Origin: Akkermansiaceae bacterium
GTDB taxonomy: Bacteria > Verrucomicrobiota > Verrucomicrobiia > Verrucomicrobiales > Akkermansiaceae
Direction of reading: 5' to 3'
Assembly: GCA_017857425.1 (NCBI GenBank)
Contig: JAFMDE010000001.1
Span: forward strand, 1-51,211
Length of the DNA: 51,211 nt
The translations under genes and the position numbers were made by a program. Under the pieces are notes generated by a model. That model was not told the DNA's origin. It searched no databases and saw nothing but the letters and a program-made list of their open reading frames with translations. Positions 18,735 to 26,700 of the stretch are shown piece by piece (positions within the stretch are counted from its first letter, which is position 1; the number at the start of each line of letters is the position of its first letter).

Positions 18735-19874
18735 ATGCGATTGATAATTTCTAATGCCCATATCATTTCTCCGGATGTTAATATTTGCGCGGGATCTGTT
18801 GAGGTCGAAGCAGGGAAAATCAAAGCGGTTTATGAAGCAGCAGCCACCCTGCCTGAGGCAGACAAAATAATTGATGCTGGTGGACGTTACGTCATGCCGG
18901 GCTTTATTGATATCCATGCTCACGGCGCTGACGGTAAAGATGTCTGTGATAATGATGTGGAGAGTATACGCCACATTGCTAAACGCAAACTAGGGGAGGG
19001 GGTGACCACTTGGCTGCCGACTACCTTGACTCAGCCTCAGCATGTATTGGAGGAGATTGCAGATAAGTGTTCGCAATACATGGATCGCCAGGAATACTGC
19101 AAAACCCCTGGCATGCACGTGGAGGGTCCTTATATCAACAAGATGAATGCAGGCGCACAAAATCCACAGTTTGTCCGAGAGCCCAACTGGGACGAGCTGA
19201 GACGCATTCATGAAACGGCAGCTGTAGCGGTGGTCTCCATCGCTCCTGATGTTGCCGGTGCCTACGATTGTATACACCAGGCAAAGAAGGCTGGTATTAC
19301 CTGCTCTGCGGCACATTCATCAGCTACGCATGAGCAGATGATGCTCGCTAAGGACGCGGGGCTGACTCACATGACTCATTTTGGTAATGCCATGAGTGGA
19401 CTCCATCATCGCGAGATCGGCATGGTGGGCTCTGGTTTATTAGATGAGGATCTTAAGATGGAGCTGATTTGTGACGGTATCCATTTATGCCCTAATTTTT
19501 TAAAGCTGATATTTAGACTCAAGTCTATTGATCAGTTGATGCTGATTACTGATTCGATGAGTGGTTCATGGATTGGTTCAGGTGAAGTGCAGCTGGGGGG
19601 CTTGGATGTGATCGTTGAAGGAGGCCAGGCACGGCTCAAAGATAGCAATGCTCTTGCGGGCAGTGTATTGCTCTTTAATGAGGGCCTGCGGAATGTGTTT
19701 GAGTGGACAGGTTTGCCTTTGTCCGAGCTCGTTAAGGCGACATCCTGGAACCAAGCGCAGTCATTAGGATTGGAGGGGCTGGGGAAAATCGAGGCTGGCT
19801 ACTGTGCAGATATAACGATGCTAAATGAAGATTTTAGTGTGTGGAAAACACTGGTTGATGGGAAGGAGCGTTGA
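18735..19874 (+). CDS. nagA: N-acetylglucosamine-6-phosphate deacetylase
   Basis: PGFIDIHAHG, HVEGP, GAQ, AHS, THFGNAM, DGIH, ITDS, LAGS. Confidence 0.93.
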   Translation: MRLIISNAHIISPDVNICAGSVEVEAGKIKAVYEAAATLPEADKIIDAGGRYVMPGFIDIHAHGADGKDVCDNDVESIRHIAKRKLGEGVTTWLPTTLTQPQHVLEEIADKCSQYMDRQEYCKTPGMHVEGPYINKMNAGAQNPQFVREPNWDELRRIHETAAVAVVSIAPDVAGAYDCIHQAKKAGITCSAAHSSATHEQMMLAKDAGLTHMTHFGNAMSGLHHREIGMVGSGLLDEDLKMELICDGIHLCPNFLKLIFRLKSIDQLMLITDSMSGSWIGSGEVQLGGLDVIVEGGQARLKDSNALAGSVLLFNEGLRNVFEWTGLPLSELVKATSWNQAQSLGLEGLGKIEAGYCADITMLNEDFSVWKTLVDGKER

Positions 19875-19883
19875 TCGTGGCTC

Positions 19884-20477
19884 TCAATGTTTACTTTTCC
19901 ACGTATCAGTGAAATCCAATAAACTGGGCATGAAAGCTTGGAAGCTCGCTTCGAATTCCGCGTAATGCTTACGCAAGTCGGTGATGCCGCCAGCTATTTG
20001 CCCGGTTCGTTTGCCTCTGCGAGAAACTCGCTCTAGTGTGAGCTCGACCCCCTCAATGGTGGCATAGGTTATCAGCCAGTTCTCATGTCTCATCAGAGGG
20101 AAAGCGTGGGCCAGTCGACCTGCTCGCCACTCTGGATGTTCATCAAGAGCTCGGTACACATCATTGATGAAATACTCCAATGGCTGACGATGATAATCAT
20201 CCCAATGGATAGATAGATAGTGATCGAAAATGATATCGATAATGATACCAGAAAACCGCCGTCTCTCTGGGGCGAGAAGTGCGCGCGCGTTTTTAAAAAC
20301 CTGATGCGAATCAGTGAAGCGGTCGACGGCACGGTGCATCTTTATACCCCGAATAATCTCTGCGGGGTAAACTTCAGCAAGGCTGCCCAAGGTGCCCTTA
20401 GTGAAATCGCCAAGTAAGTTGCCAATACGCGAAGCATCAGAATCATCTGCCAGCATGAGATGGGCGAGATAGTTCAT
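19884..20477 (-). CDS. acpH: ACP phosphodiesterase (DUF479)
   Basis: MNYLAHL, GNLLGDF.KG, HR.VD.FTD.H, D..FDHYL...W. Confidence 0.9.
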   Translation of the reverse strand: MNYLAHLMLADDSDASRIGNLLGDFTKGTLGSLAEVYPAEIIRGIKMHRAVDRFTDSHQVFKNARALLAPERRRFSGIIIDIIFDHYLSIHWDDYHRQPLEYFINDVYRALDEHPEWRAGRLAHAFPLMRHENWLITYATIEGVELTLERVSRRGKRTGQIAGGITDLRKHYAEFEASFQAFMPSLLDFTDTWKSKH

Positions 20478-20528
20478 CTTTGTAGCTTATGGAGATTGGC
20501 ATGCGGTCTCCGCCGCTAGCTTTCTGTC

Positions 20529-21647
20529 TCAAGCACTGGGTGCGTGATCATGTTCATGGTCGTGGTGATGATCGTGGGTATCTTGAGGCTCATGTGCGTG
20601 CTCATGTTGATGGCTTAGTTCATTATGCCACTGCTCTATTCTTCCGCTCAGGAATTTAATCCAGGTCGGATGTGCATTCATGCAGGGAACCAGGGTGAGG
20701 GATTCTCCTCCAGCCTCGGTAAATTGCTCAACACCCTGCATTCCAATTTCCTCGATGGTTTCGAGGCAATCAGAGACAAAGGCAGGGCACATCACTTTGA
20801 TTTTTTTGATGCCTTCTTTGCCGAAGCGCTCCAACTCATAATCTGTGTAGGGTCCAAGCCAGGGGTCTCTCAACAGGCGAGATTGAAAGGAGATAGCCGT
20901 TTTTTCCTTGGGGATGCCCGACTTTTCAAGGAATGCCTGCGTGGTGGCCAGGCATTGATGTTTGTAGCAGGTGGCATGACAGGGGTGAGGGTTGATGCAG
21001 CAATCCTCGCGTACCAAGCAGTGGGCGTGAGACGGATCTGACTTTCTGACATGTCGCTCTGGGATACCGTGAAAGCTAAACAGCAAAAGATCGTCATCGT
21101 CTTCCATGTGAGGCATCGCACTGTCCACTAGAGCTTGGATGTAATCATCATCTTTGTAGAATGGTTGCAGCAACTTGGTGCGCATCTCTGGGCATTGCTC
21201 GTAGATTTCTTCCATCGTTTTGACGACAGCTGTCTCATAGCTCGACATCGCATAATGAGGATAGAGAGGCATGATAAAGAGATCGGTGATGCCTTCCTCT
21301 TTGATCTGCTTGATGACATCATGGGTTGAAGGGTTGCCGTAGCGCATACCGAGAAACACGGGCATCTCCACTTGGTCCGAAACAAGTTTGTGCTGTTCCT
21401 TACTGGTGACAATGAGAGGGGACCCTTCATCGGTCCAGACCTCGCCGTAGGCCTCTGCGGACTCCTTGGGGCGTGTTGGTAAAATGAAAAGTTTGAGAAT
21501 GAGCTTACGCTTCCAGGCGGCTATATCTAGCACACGCTCATCGCTCAAGAATTCATCGAGATAACGACGCACATCAGCGACTTCTGTGCTGTCAGGAGAG
21601 CCAAGATTGAGCAGAATAGCAGCGGCTTTAATATCGGATTTAGGCAT
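20529..21647 (-). CDS. hemH: Ferrochelatase with internal Cys motif and His-rich C-terminal tail
   Basis: LLNLGSP, GSPL, MRYG.P, PLYPHY..SS, FSFHGIP, FQSR...PWL.P, FVSDCLET.EE. Confidence 0.95.
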   Translation of the reverse strand: MPKSDIKAAAILLNLGSPDSTEVADVRRYLDEFLSDERVLDIAAWKRKLILKLFILPTRPKESAEAYGEVWTDEGSPLIVTSKEQHKLVSDQVEMPVFLGMRYGNPSTHDVIKQIKEEGITDLFIMPLYPHYAMSSYETAVVKTMEEIYEQCPEMRTKLLQPFYKDDDYIQALVDSAMPHMEDDDDLLLFSFHGIPERHVRKSDPSHAHCLVREDCCINPHPCHATCYKHQCLATTQAFLEKSGIPKEKTAISFQSRLLRDPWLGPYTDYELERFGKEGIKKIKVMCPAFVSDCLETIEEIGMQGVEQFTEAGGESLTLVPCMNAHPTWIKFLSGRIEQWHNELSHQHEHAHEPQDTHDHHHDHEHDHAPSA

Positions 21648-21802
21648 GGTGTAATGTATCGTGAGGTAGTGAAAACAGATTCAAAATCAGATCTGATGAT
21701 TCAGATAATAACCATGATTTTGTTAATGTCCACCTCGGTGACATTGATATTATTGAAATGGTAAGGGTTGCTGTAAGAGCCGATTTCTGGCTCAATAGGG
21801 AC

Positions 21803-22138
21803 ATGGCAAAACCGTTGTTTTTTTTGTATCTATTGACTTGGGTTTTCACTGCTTGTGCTGGTGATGTGAAAAGGTCGCAGCAAATGCCGAGAAATGAAGA
21901 TAGGCGCCTTGCTGGTAGAGTTTATCAAGTTGAAGAAGAGTCACAATTTGTGCTGATACGTAAATATGGTAAGTGGGCAGTTCTCAATGGGGAAACGGTC
22001 ATCAGTCAGGGTGAAGGGCGGACAGCGAACCTTTTTCCCACGGGCGAGGAACTGGGTGAGCATGTAGCAGCTGATATTCGATCAGGATCAGTCAAGGTAG
22101 GGGATGCTGTTTATATTCGTAAAAACCATACAGATTAG
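21803..22138 (+). CDS. Hypothetical lipoprotein
   Basis: MAKPLFFLYLLTWVFTAC is a lipobox-like signal; small beta-rich body ending G.V.VGD.V. Confidence 0.65.
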   Translation: MAKPLFFLYLLTWVFTACAGDVKRSQQMPRNEDRRLAGRVYQVEEESQFVLIRKYGKWAVLNGETVISQGEGRTANLFPTGEELGEHVAADIRSGSVKVGDAVYIRKNHTD

Positions 22139-22186
22139 AGCTTACAAAGGTCTGTAGATGGTTATAAACCGGATTGTTTGATAATT

Positions 22187-22236
22187 GGCCGAGAAGTATC
22201 AAAAAACATGATTTTAGGCCGAAAAGTATAAAAGAA
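22187..22236. repeat. Imperfect 20-bp direct repeat, 30-bp period
   Basis: GGCCGAGAAGTATCAAAAAA and GGCCGAAAAGTATAAAAGAA. Confidence 0.65.
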
Positions 22237-22280
22237 TCGGTTAAAATACATTATTTATTTAAAAAACCTAAAATAAAAGC

Positions 22281-22309
22281 TTGAGGATTCCTGATCTTTT
22301 GCGTATTCT
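22281..22309 (+). promoter_or_regulatory. Putative sigma70 promoter of the MarR gene
   Basis: TTGAGG-N17-TATTCT preceded by an AT-rich UP-like tract. Confidence 0.55.
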
Positions 22310-22367
22310 GCCCATGCAACTGTGTTCACATTGGTGATAACCAAAACACTAATAAACACAAAATAAT

Positions 22368-22814
22368 ATGAAAACTAGTCCCTCCAAAACTAGCGACGTC
22401 GATACAGACCGCCTTGCAGACTTTGTTCTGTTTACACAGCGTTCGTGCATCCTTAACCTGTCCAGTGAGTTGAACCGCGGAAATATTTCTTTTCCTCAGT
22501 TCTTCCTCATGGCCTATCTCTCCAGCGAAGAATATCTGACAATGTCGGATATCGCGAAAAAGATGGGACATTCTACAGCGGCCGCTACTGGCCTTGTGGA
22601 TCGATTGGAAAAGTTAAGTTATGTTGAGCGTGTGCATGCAGCCGAAGATCGCCGTAAGATCATGGTTCGTATTACCCAAAAGGGTGCGGAGTTAGTCGCG
22701 CGAATGCGTGGTGAAATCGCTTCAAACCTTTCTGATATCATGTCAGATATGGATGAAGATGAAGCGGATACCGTGGATCATGTGAACCGTGCTTTAACCA
22801 GCCGATCACAGTAA
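22368..22814 (+). CDS. MarR-family transcriptional regulator
   Basis: LTMSDIA...HSTAAATGLVDRLEK..YVER....DRRKIMVRIT.KG winged-helix pattern. Confidence 0.93.
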   Translation: MKTSPSKTSDVDTDRLADFVLFTQRSCILNLSSELNRGNISFPQFFLMAYLSSEEYLTMSDIAKKMGHSTAAATGLVDRLEKLSYVERVHAAEDRRKIMVRITQKGAELVARMRGEIASNLSDIMSDMDEDEADTVDHVNRALTSRSQ

Positions 22815-22867
22815 GACACTAGCGTTAAGCTCTCAGTCGCCAATCTGGTGACTGAGTAAGCTTGCAC

Positions 22868-22921
22868 AACGGGGCATTTGCGTTGAGGCTTTCAGCCAAC
22901 AATGCAAATGCCTCGTTTTTT
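22868..22921 (+). terminator. Long terminator-like hairpin after MarR, overlapping the next gene's start
   Basis: AACGGGGCATTTGCGTTG(22868-85) pairs with CAATGCAAATGCCTCGTT(22900-17), running into a T-tract. Confidence 0.7.
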
Positions 22922-23558
22922 ATCTTCACTCAATGAACAGAAGGGGCTTCGTTCTAGCTTCGTTGGACGTGTTTCTGGGGTTGAGGTAGGCTTAGATAAA
23001 GATGAAGTGTTGGCCCGGTTACATCCCGCACATAAAAAGGCGGTTCAAGACCTCGGGTTTTGTTGGTCCCAACTCCATTTAGCTGAACAAATTCATGGCT
23101 CAAATATTGCCGTTGTGGGAAAACATCATCCTACTCAGACGTGGAAGGATGTGGATGGTTTGATCACCTCGGACATTGGTGTAATGCTGGGCATTTATGT
23201 AGCCGATTGTGGCGCTGTTTATATTTACGATCCGGTATGCCGAGTGATTGCATTACTGCATTCTGGTAAAAAAGGCACCGAGGGCAATATCACCGGCAAA
23301 GCCATAAAAATGATGCAGGATAATTATGGTTCATCGCCGGCAGATATGGTGGTGGAGCTCTCTCCATGCGTTAGGGCACCTATCTATGAAGTGGATTTTG
23401 CATCAGAAATTCGTCAGCAGGCATTGGCCGCCGGCGTTCCAGAAAAGCAATACAGCGATGCTGGTATCTGTACTGCGAGCAACACGGAGACTTATTACAG
23501 TTACCGAATGGAGAAGGGCAAGACTGGCCGAATGCTCGCTTTGCTCGGTATGGTGTGA
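22902..23558 (+). CDS. pgeF: YfiH/PgeF laccase-domain (purine nucleoside phosphorylase-like) protein
   Basis: QIHG, DGLIT, VADC, LHSG.KG, ICT, YYSYR...GRM. Confidence 0.88.
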   Translation: MQMPRFLSSLNEQKGLRSSFVGRVSGVEVGLDKDEVLARLHPAHKKAVQDLGFCWSQLHLAEQIHGSNIAVVGKHHPTQTWKDVDGLITSDIGVMLGIYVADCGAVYIYDPVCRVIALLHSGKKGTEGNITGKAIKMMQDNYGSSPADMVVELSPCVRAPIYEVDFASEIRQQALAAGVPEKQYSDAGICTASNTETYYSYRMEKGKTGRMLALLGMV

Positions 23559-23569
23559 GCGTGTAGCCC

Positions 23570-24619
23570 TCACTCAATGATGACTAACATCGGGCGGTGA
23601 TCACTCGCGACCTCCCAGTTTTTGGGATCGAGTAGCTTGCTTTCTTTCTTGTTGATGTGAGGCGCAAGCTTTGGGTTGGTCATTACAAAATCGATCCTGG
23701 AGTAGATGTCCTCGAGTTTCCAATGATGGGTCCAGCTTTCTCCACGTGCATCTAATAGCTCGATAATTTTCATGTGAGAATTACTATTGGAGCGCCCTCG
23801 GATGCTGGATACGGACTTGCTGTTCTTGGTGTCGTTAAAATCACCGTAGGCAAGTAATTGGGTCTCTGGCTCACTTGCCATAATATCTTTGATGTGCTGG
23901 CGCATCAGCAAACTCTCATTACGCCGCATCAACGCTTGGTCGGCTTCTTGACTTGGGCGTTTGGATTTGAAGTGCACGCCCAGGAGGCGAATGGTTCGGC
24001 TGGGTAGTTCGACGGTGGCATCAAGAATACCTCGACTAATGCTAAAGGGCACACCCTCGATGATATAGTCCGTTTGTTTCGGGGAGTTTGTTTTAATGAT
24101 GGGGTATCGAGACAGCAGGGCAAGCGCACGGGTTTGGTCTGAGCCATGGACCCTATGAGCATGGGGTAGTTTGACTCCTGCAGCAGCAAGGCGGTTTTGA
24201 AGGTCCGTCAGGTCAGCGTATTTGCCGATTTCACAGAGGCCAAGAATGTCTGGATTCGCTGTGGAGATGATATCAATAAGTGCATCAATTTCGTTCCGAG
24301 GTTTCTCTTTGTAGACTGTCTCACCAGCAATATAGCGACGCATGGTGAGGTAGTTTTTCAAGTTGTAGGCAAGAAAGCGAACGGGAGTGTTTTTGCCTGA
24401 AGAATCGCCTACGTTGGGCTCAGGTGAGCTTTTTTTCGGGGTATCGTTAAGCTGGCTAGGATGCTCGCTAGCTTGCTGATTCGTTGCTGGACTTGGGGTA
24501 TTCTTCCAGTTCTCCGTTGAGCTTTCGGACTCCTTGCAGTTGCTTGCAAGCAGGCAGAAAAATGCCCCGAAAATCATCGGGGCAAGTTTGGCTAATGAAA
24601 ATAGTCGAGTTGAAGCCAT
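23570..24619 (-). CDS. Endonuclease/exonuclease/phosphatase-family exported protein, probable lipoprotein
   Basis: YNLKN, DILGLCEI, HFKS, GDFND, RIDFV, SDHRP; N-terminal hydrophobic stretch ending in Cys plus a low-complexity linker. Confidence 0.88.
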   Translation of the reverse strand: MASTRLFSLAKLAPMIFGAFFCLLASNCKESESSTENWKNTPSPATNQQASEHPSQLNDTPKKSSPEPNVGDSSGKNTPVRFLAYNLKNYLTMRRYIAGETVYKEKPRNEIDALIDIISTANPDILGLCEIGKYADLTDLQNRLAAAGVKLPHAHRVHGSDQTRALALLSRYPIIKTNSPKQTDYIIEGVPFSISRGILDATVELPSRTIRLLGVHFKSKRPSQEADQALMRRNESLLMRQHIKDIMASEPETQLLAYGDFNDTKNSKSVSSIRGRSNSNSHMKIIELLDARGESWTHHWKLEDIYSRIDFVMTNPKLAPHINKKESKLLDPKNWEVASDHRPMLVIIE

Positions 24620-24640
24620 TTCGAATGCCTTGGCTTGGAA

Positions 24641-24880
24641 TCAGGCGTCCTTGTCTTCGCGAGGCTGAATGTCTTTGGGCGCTGGTGATTTAGGCGCAGC
24701 ATCGTGTGTGACTTCGTCTTCAGCCTTGGTGATTTCATGCTCGAATTCATCTTTGGCTTTTCTGAATTCGCCCATGCTCTTGCCCAGTCCGCGTGCGAGC
24801 TGGGGGAGTTTTTTAGCGCCGAAGAGAAGGAGGATGATCAAAAAGATGACCACCATTTCTGGATATCCGAGAGGTCCCAT
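24641..24880 (-). CDS. tatA: Twin-arginine translocase TatA
   Basis: G.PE...I..IILLLFGAKKLP.LAR.LGK...EFRK. Confidence 0.95.
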   Translation of the reverse strand: MGPLGYPEMVVIFLIILLLFGAKKLPQLARGLGKSMGEFRKAKDEFEHEITKAEDEVTHDAAPKSPAPKDIQPREDKDA

Positions 24881-24919
24881 GTGTTTGTTATTGGTTGAAG
24901 TTAATGCGAGTAGCGATTT

Positions 24920-24948
24920 AAAACTAATACCCTAGAGTTGTTTTGGCA
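24920..24948 (-). promoter_or_regulatory. Putative sigma70 promoter of tatA
   Basis: Minus strand TTGCCA-N17-TAGTTT about 40 nt upstream of the ATG. Confidence 0.5.
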
Positions 24949-25051
24949 AACGGAATCGGGGGTGAATCGGTATAAACGGGGGGAATCGTTGGTAATGGAA
25001 TATGAAAGAAGACGTAATGAAGGTTTATTACCTCACCCTCTGGTGCAGGCT

Positions 25052-25858
25052 TCAGGATTCTCTGGCGATTTCTCGAGACCGTTCCGATGCGGCATGAACT
25101 CCCGCTGCAATGCTTTTTTCAAAGCCGTGCTCGGTGAGGGCATCAAGGCCGGCTAGAGTGGTGCCTCCAGGTGATGTGACTTGCTCAACAAGCTCGCGAG
25201 GTGTCATATCGGTTTGCTCGACCATGCGTGCCGCTCCAATCACCGTCTGGGTGGCTAGTTTGATGGCTTCATCAAGGGCTAGACCCTCTTTCTGGGCCTG
25301 CAGGCTGAGTGATTCAATGAATGTGTAGACATAGGCGGGGCCACTTCCTGACAAACCAGTGACAGCATCAAGCTGGGGTTCTTGGGTGACGCTGACGATG
25401 CCTACCGATTCGAGCAGTTCACGTGCTGTTTTGATATCTTGTTCGGTGGCGTGACTGCCAGGTGCGATACCGGTAGCGCCCAAGCCGATCAGCGCGGGCG
25501 TATTAGGCATCGCTCTGATGATACGTGTACCGGCGGGGCAGGCGGTTTCCATTTTTTCCATAGTGACTCCAGCAGCAATGGAGATCAGTAGGTGGTCTTT
25601 TGTGATGGCTGGAGCAATTTCCCTAAGAACCTCGCCGATGTATTGTGGTTTGACGGCAAGCAGAATAGTCTGAGACTTGCAGGTTAGATCGAGATTGTTG
25701 CTCGCTGCTGAGACTCCGCTGTCTTGAACCAGTGTCGTAACAGAATCGGCATTGAGGTCATAGACGGTAATGTCCGCTGGTGTCGTGATGTCAGACTTTG
25801 CAATGCCACCAATAAGGGCGCTACCCATCCTGCCGCATCCAATTAAACCTATTTTCAT
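25052..25858 (-). CDS. proC: Pyrroline-5-carboxylate reductase
   Basis: IG.G.MG, LAVKPQ, SIAAG, RAMPNTP, GSGPAY, VTSPGGTT. Confidence 0.97.
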   Translation of the reverse strand: MKIGLIGCGRMGSALIGGIAKSDITTPADITVYDLNADSVTTLVQDSGVSAASNNLDLTCKSQTILLAVKPQYIGEVLREIAPAITKDHLLISIAAGVTMEKMETACPAGTRIIRAMPNTPALIGLGATGIAPGSHATEQDIKTARELLESVGIVSVTQEPQLDAVTGLSGSGPAYVYTFIESLSLQAQKEGLALDEAIKLATQTVIGAARMVEQTDMTPRELVEQVTSPGGTTLAGLDALTEHGFEKSIAAGVHAASERSREIARES

Positions 25859-25997
25859 GGCTGCAAACTAGACTGTCAGAGGTGCCACTGGCAAGAACCA
25901 GTGGGGGAATTATGAGAAATTATTGCAGGAAGGCGGTTGCTTAATGAAATCCCGTCTAATCCCGAAACCATCCCAAAAAAGAAAAGACCTTGATTTT

Positions 25998-26028
25998 TTC
26001 AATCAAGTGCTTTAATCATGTGCTTGAA
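25998..26028. promoter_or_regulatory. Two overlapping pseudo-palindromic operators, probably for the adjacent TetR
   Basis: TTCAATCAAGTGCTTTAA(25998-26015) and TTTAATCATGTGCTTGAA(26011-26028) share the dyad TTnAAnCAnnTGnTTnAA, just downstream of TTGATT(25990). Confidence 0.65.
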
Positions 26029-26055
26029 TGTTTATGCAGAGATGATTATGGAAAG

Positions 26056-26700
26056 ATGATGATGGAGAGGAAAACAACAAAGGCGTTGATTTTAGAGGCT
26101 ACTGAGCGGCTTGTTGCTGAGCATGGCTTTGAATCAGTCTCTCTTCGCGATATTACCAACAATGCCAAGGTCAATGTGGCAGCGGTTAATTATCATTTTG
26201 GCAGCAAGGAAAAGTTATTCGAGGTGATTCAGTGTCGCTATATTGACCCTGTCAATGAAGAGCGCTTAAGGATGCTGGAAGTATTAACGGAGGAGGGGCG
26301 GGTTGCCACAGTAAGAGAGATTCTAGAGGCCTTCATGCGACCGCTTCTTACGGTAGTGAAGGGGAGTGAGATGAGTGAGAAATTATTTTTTAAGTTGATG
26401 GGGCGATGTGTGATGGATCCTCAGGGAGGATTGCCGGAGGATATGGTTCCGGGCATGAAAAGAGTAGCAGAGAGCTTTACTGAAGCTCTGCTTGCTGCAG
26501 CTCCAAGCTTAACGACGGAGCTAGTCCTCTGGCGGCTTCATTTCACCTTCGGGGTGATGGCTCAGACTCTGCTGCATGGTGAGCTGTTGTATAGTTTGAC
26601 CGATGGTGCCTGTGGAGATCCTGATGCAGAGGATCAGTTCCAAGAGATGATTGATTTTTGTGAGGCTGGCTTCTTAGCTGAGAAGGGAGCTCAAAAATGA
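26056..26700 (+). CDS. TetR/AcrR-family regulator, PsrA-like
   Basis: ILEATERL.AEHGF..VSLRDIT..A.VNVAAVNYHFGSKE.L; C-terminus WRLHF..G...F..AG. Start at one of ATG 26056/26059/26062. Confidence 0.92.
   Translation: MMMERKTTKALILEATERLVAEHGFESVSLRDITNNAKVNVAAVNYHFGSKEKLFEVIQCRYIDPVNEERLRMLEVLTEEGRVATVREILEAFMRPLLTVVKGSEMSEKLFFKLMGRCVMDPQGGLPEDMVPGMKRVAESFTEALLAAAPSLTTELVLWRLHFTFGVMAQTLLHGELLYSLTDGACGDPDAEDQFQEMIDFCEAGFLAEKGAQK

Noticed and set aside
23570-24880. EEP nuclease as a dedicated Tat substrate of the adjacent tatA
   Set aside because: No twin-arginine motif; the signal looks like a Sec lipoprotein signal.
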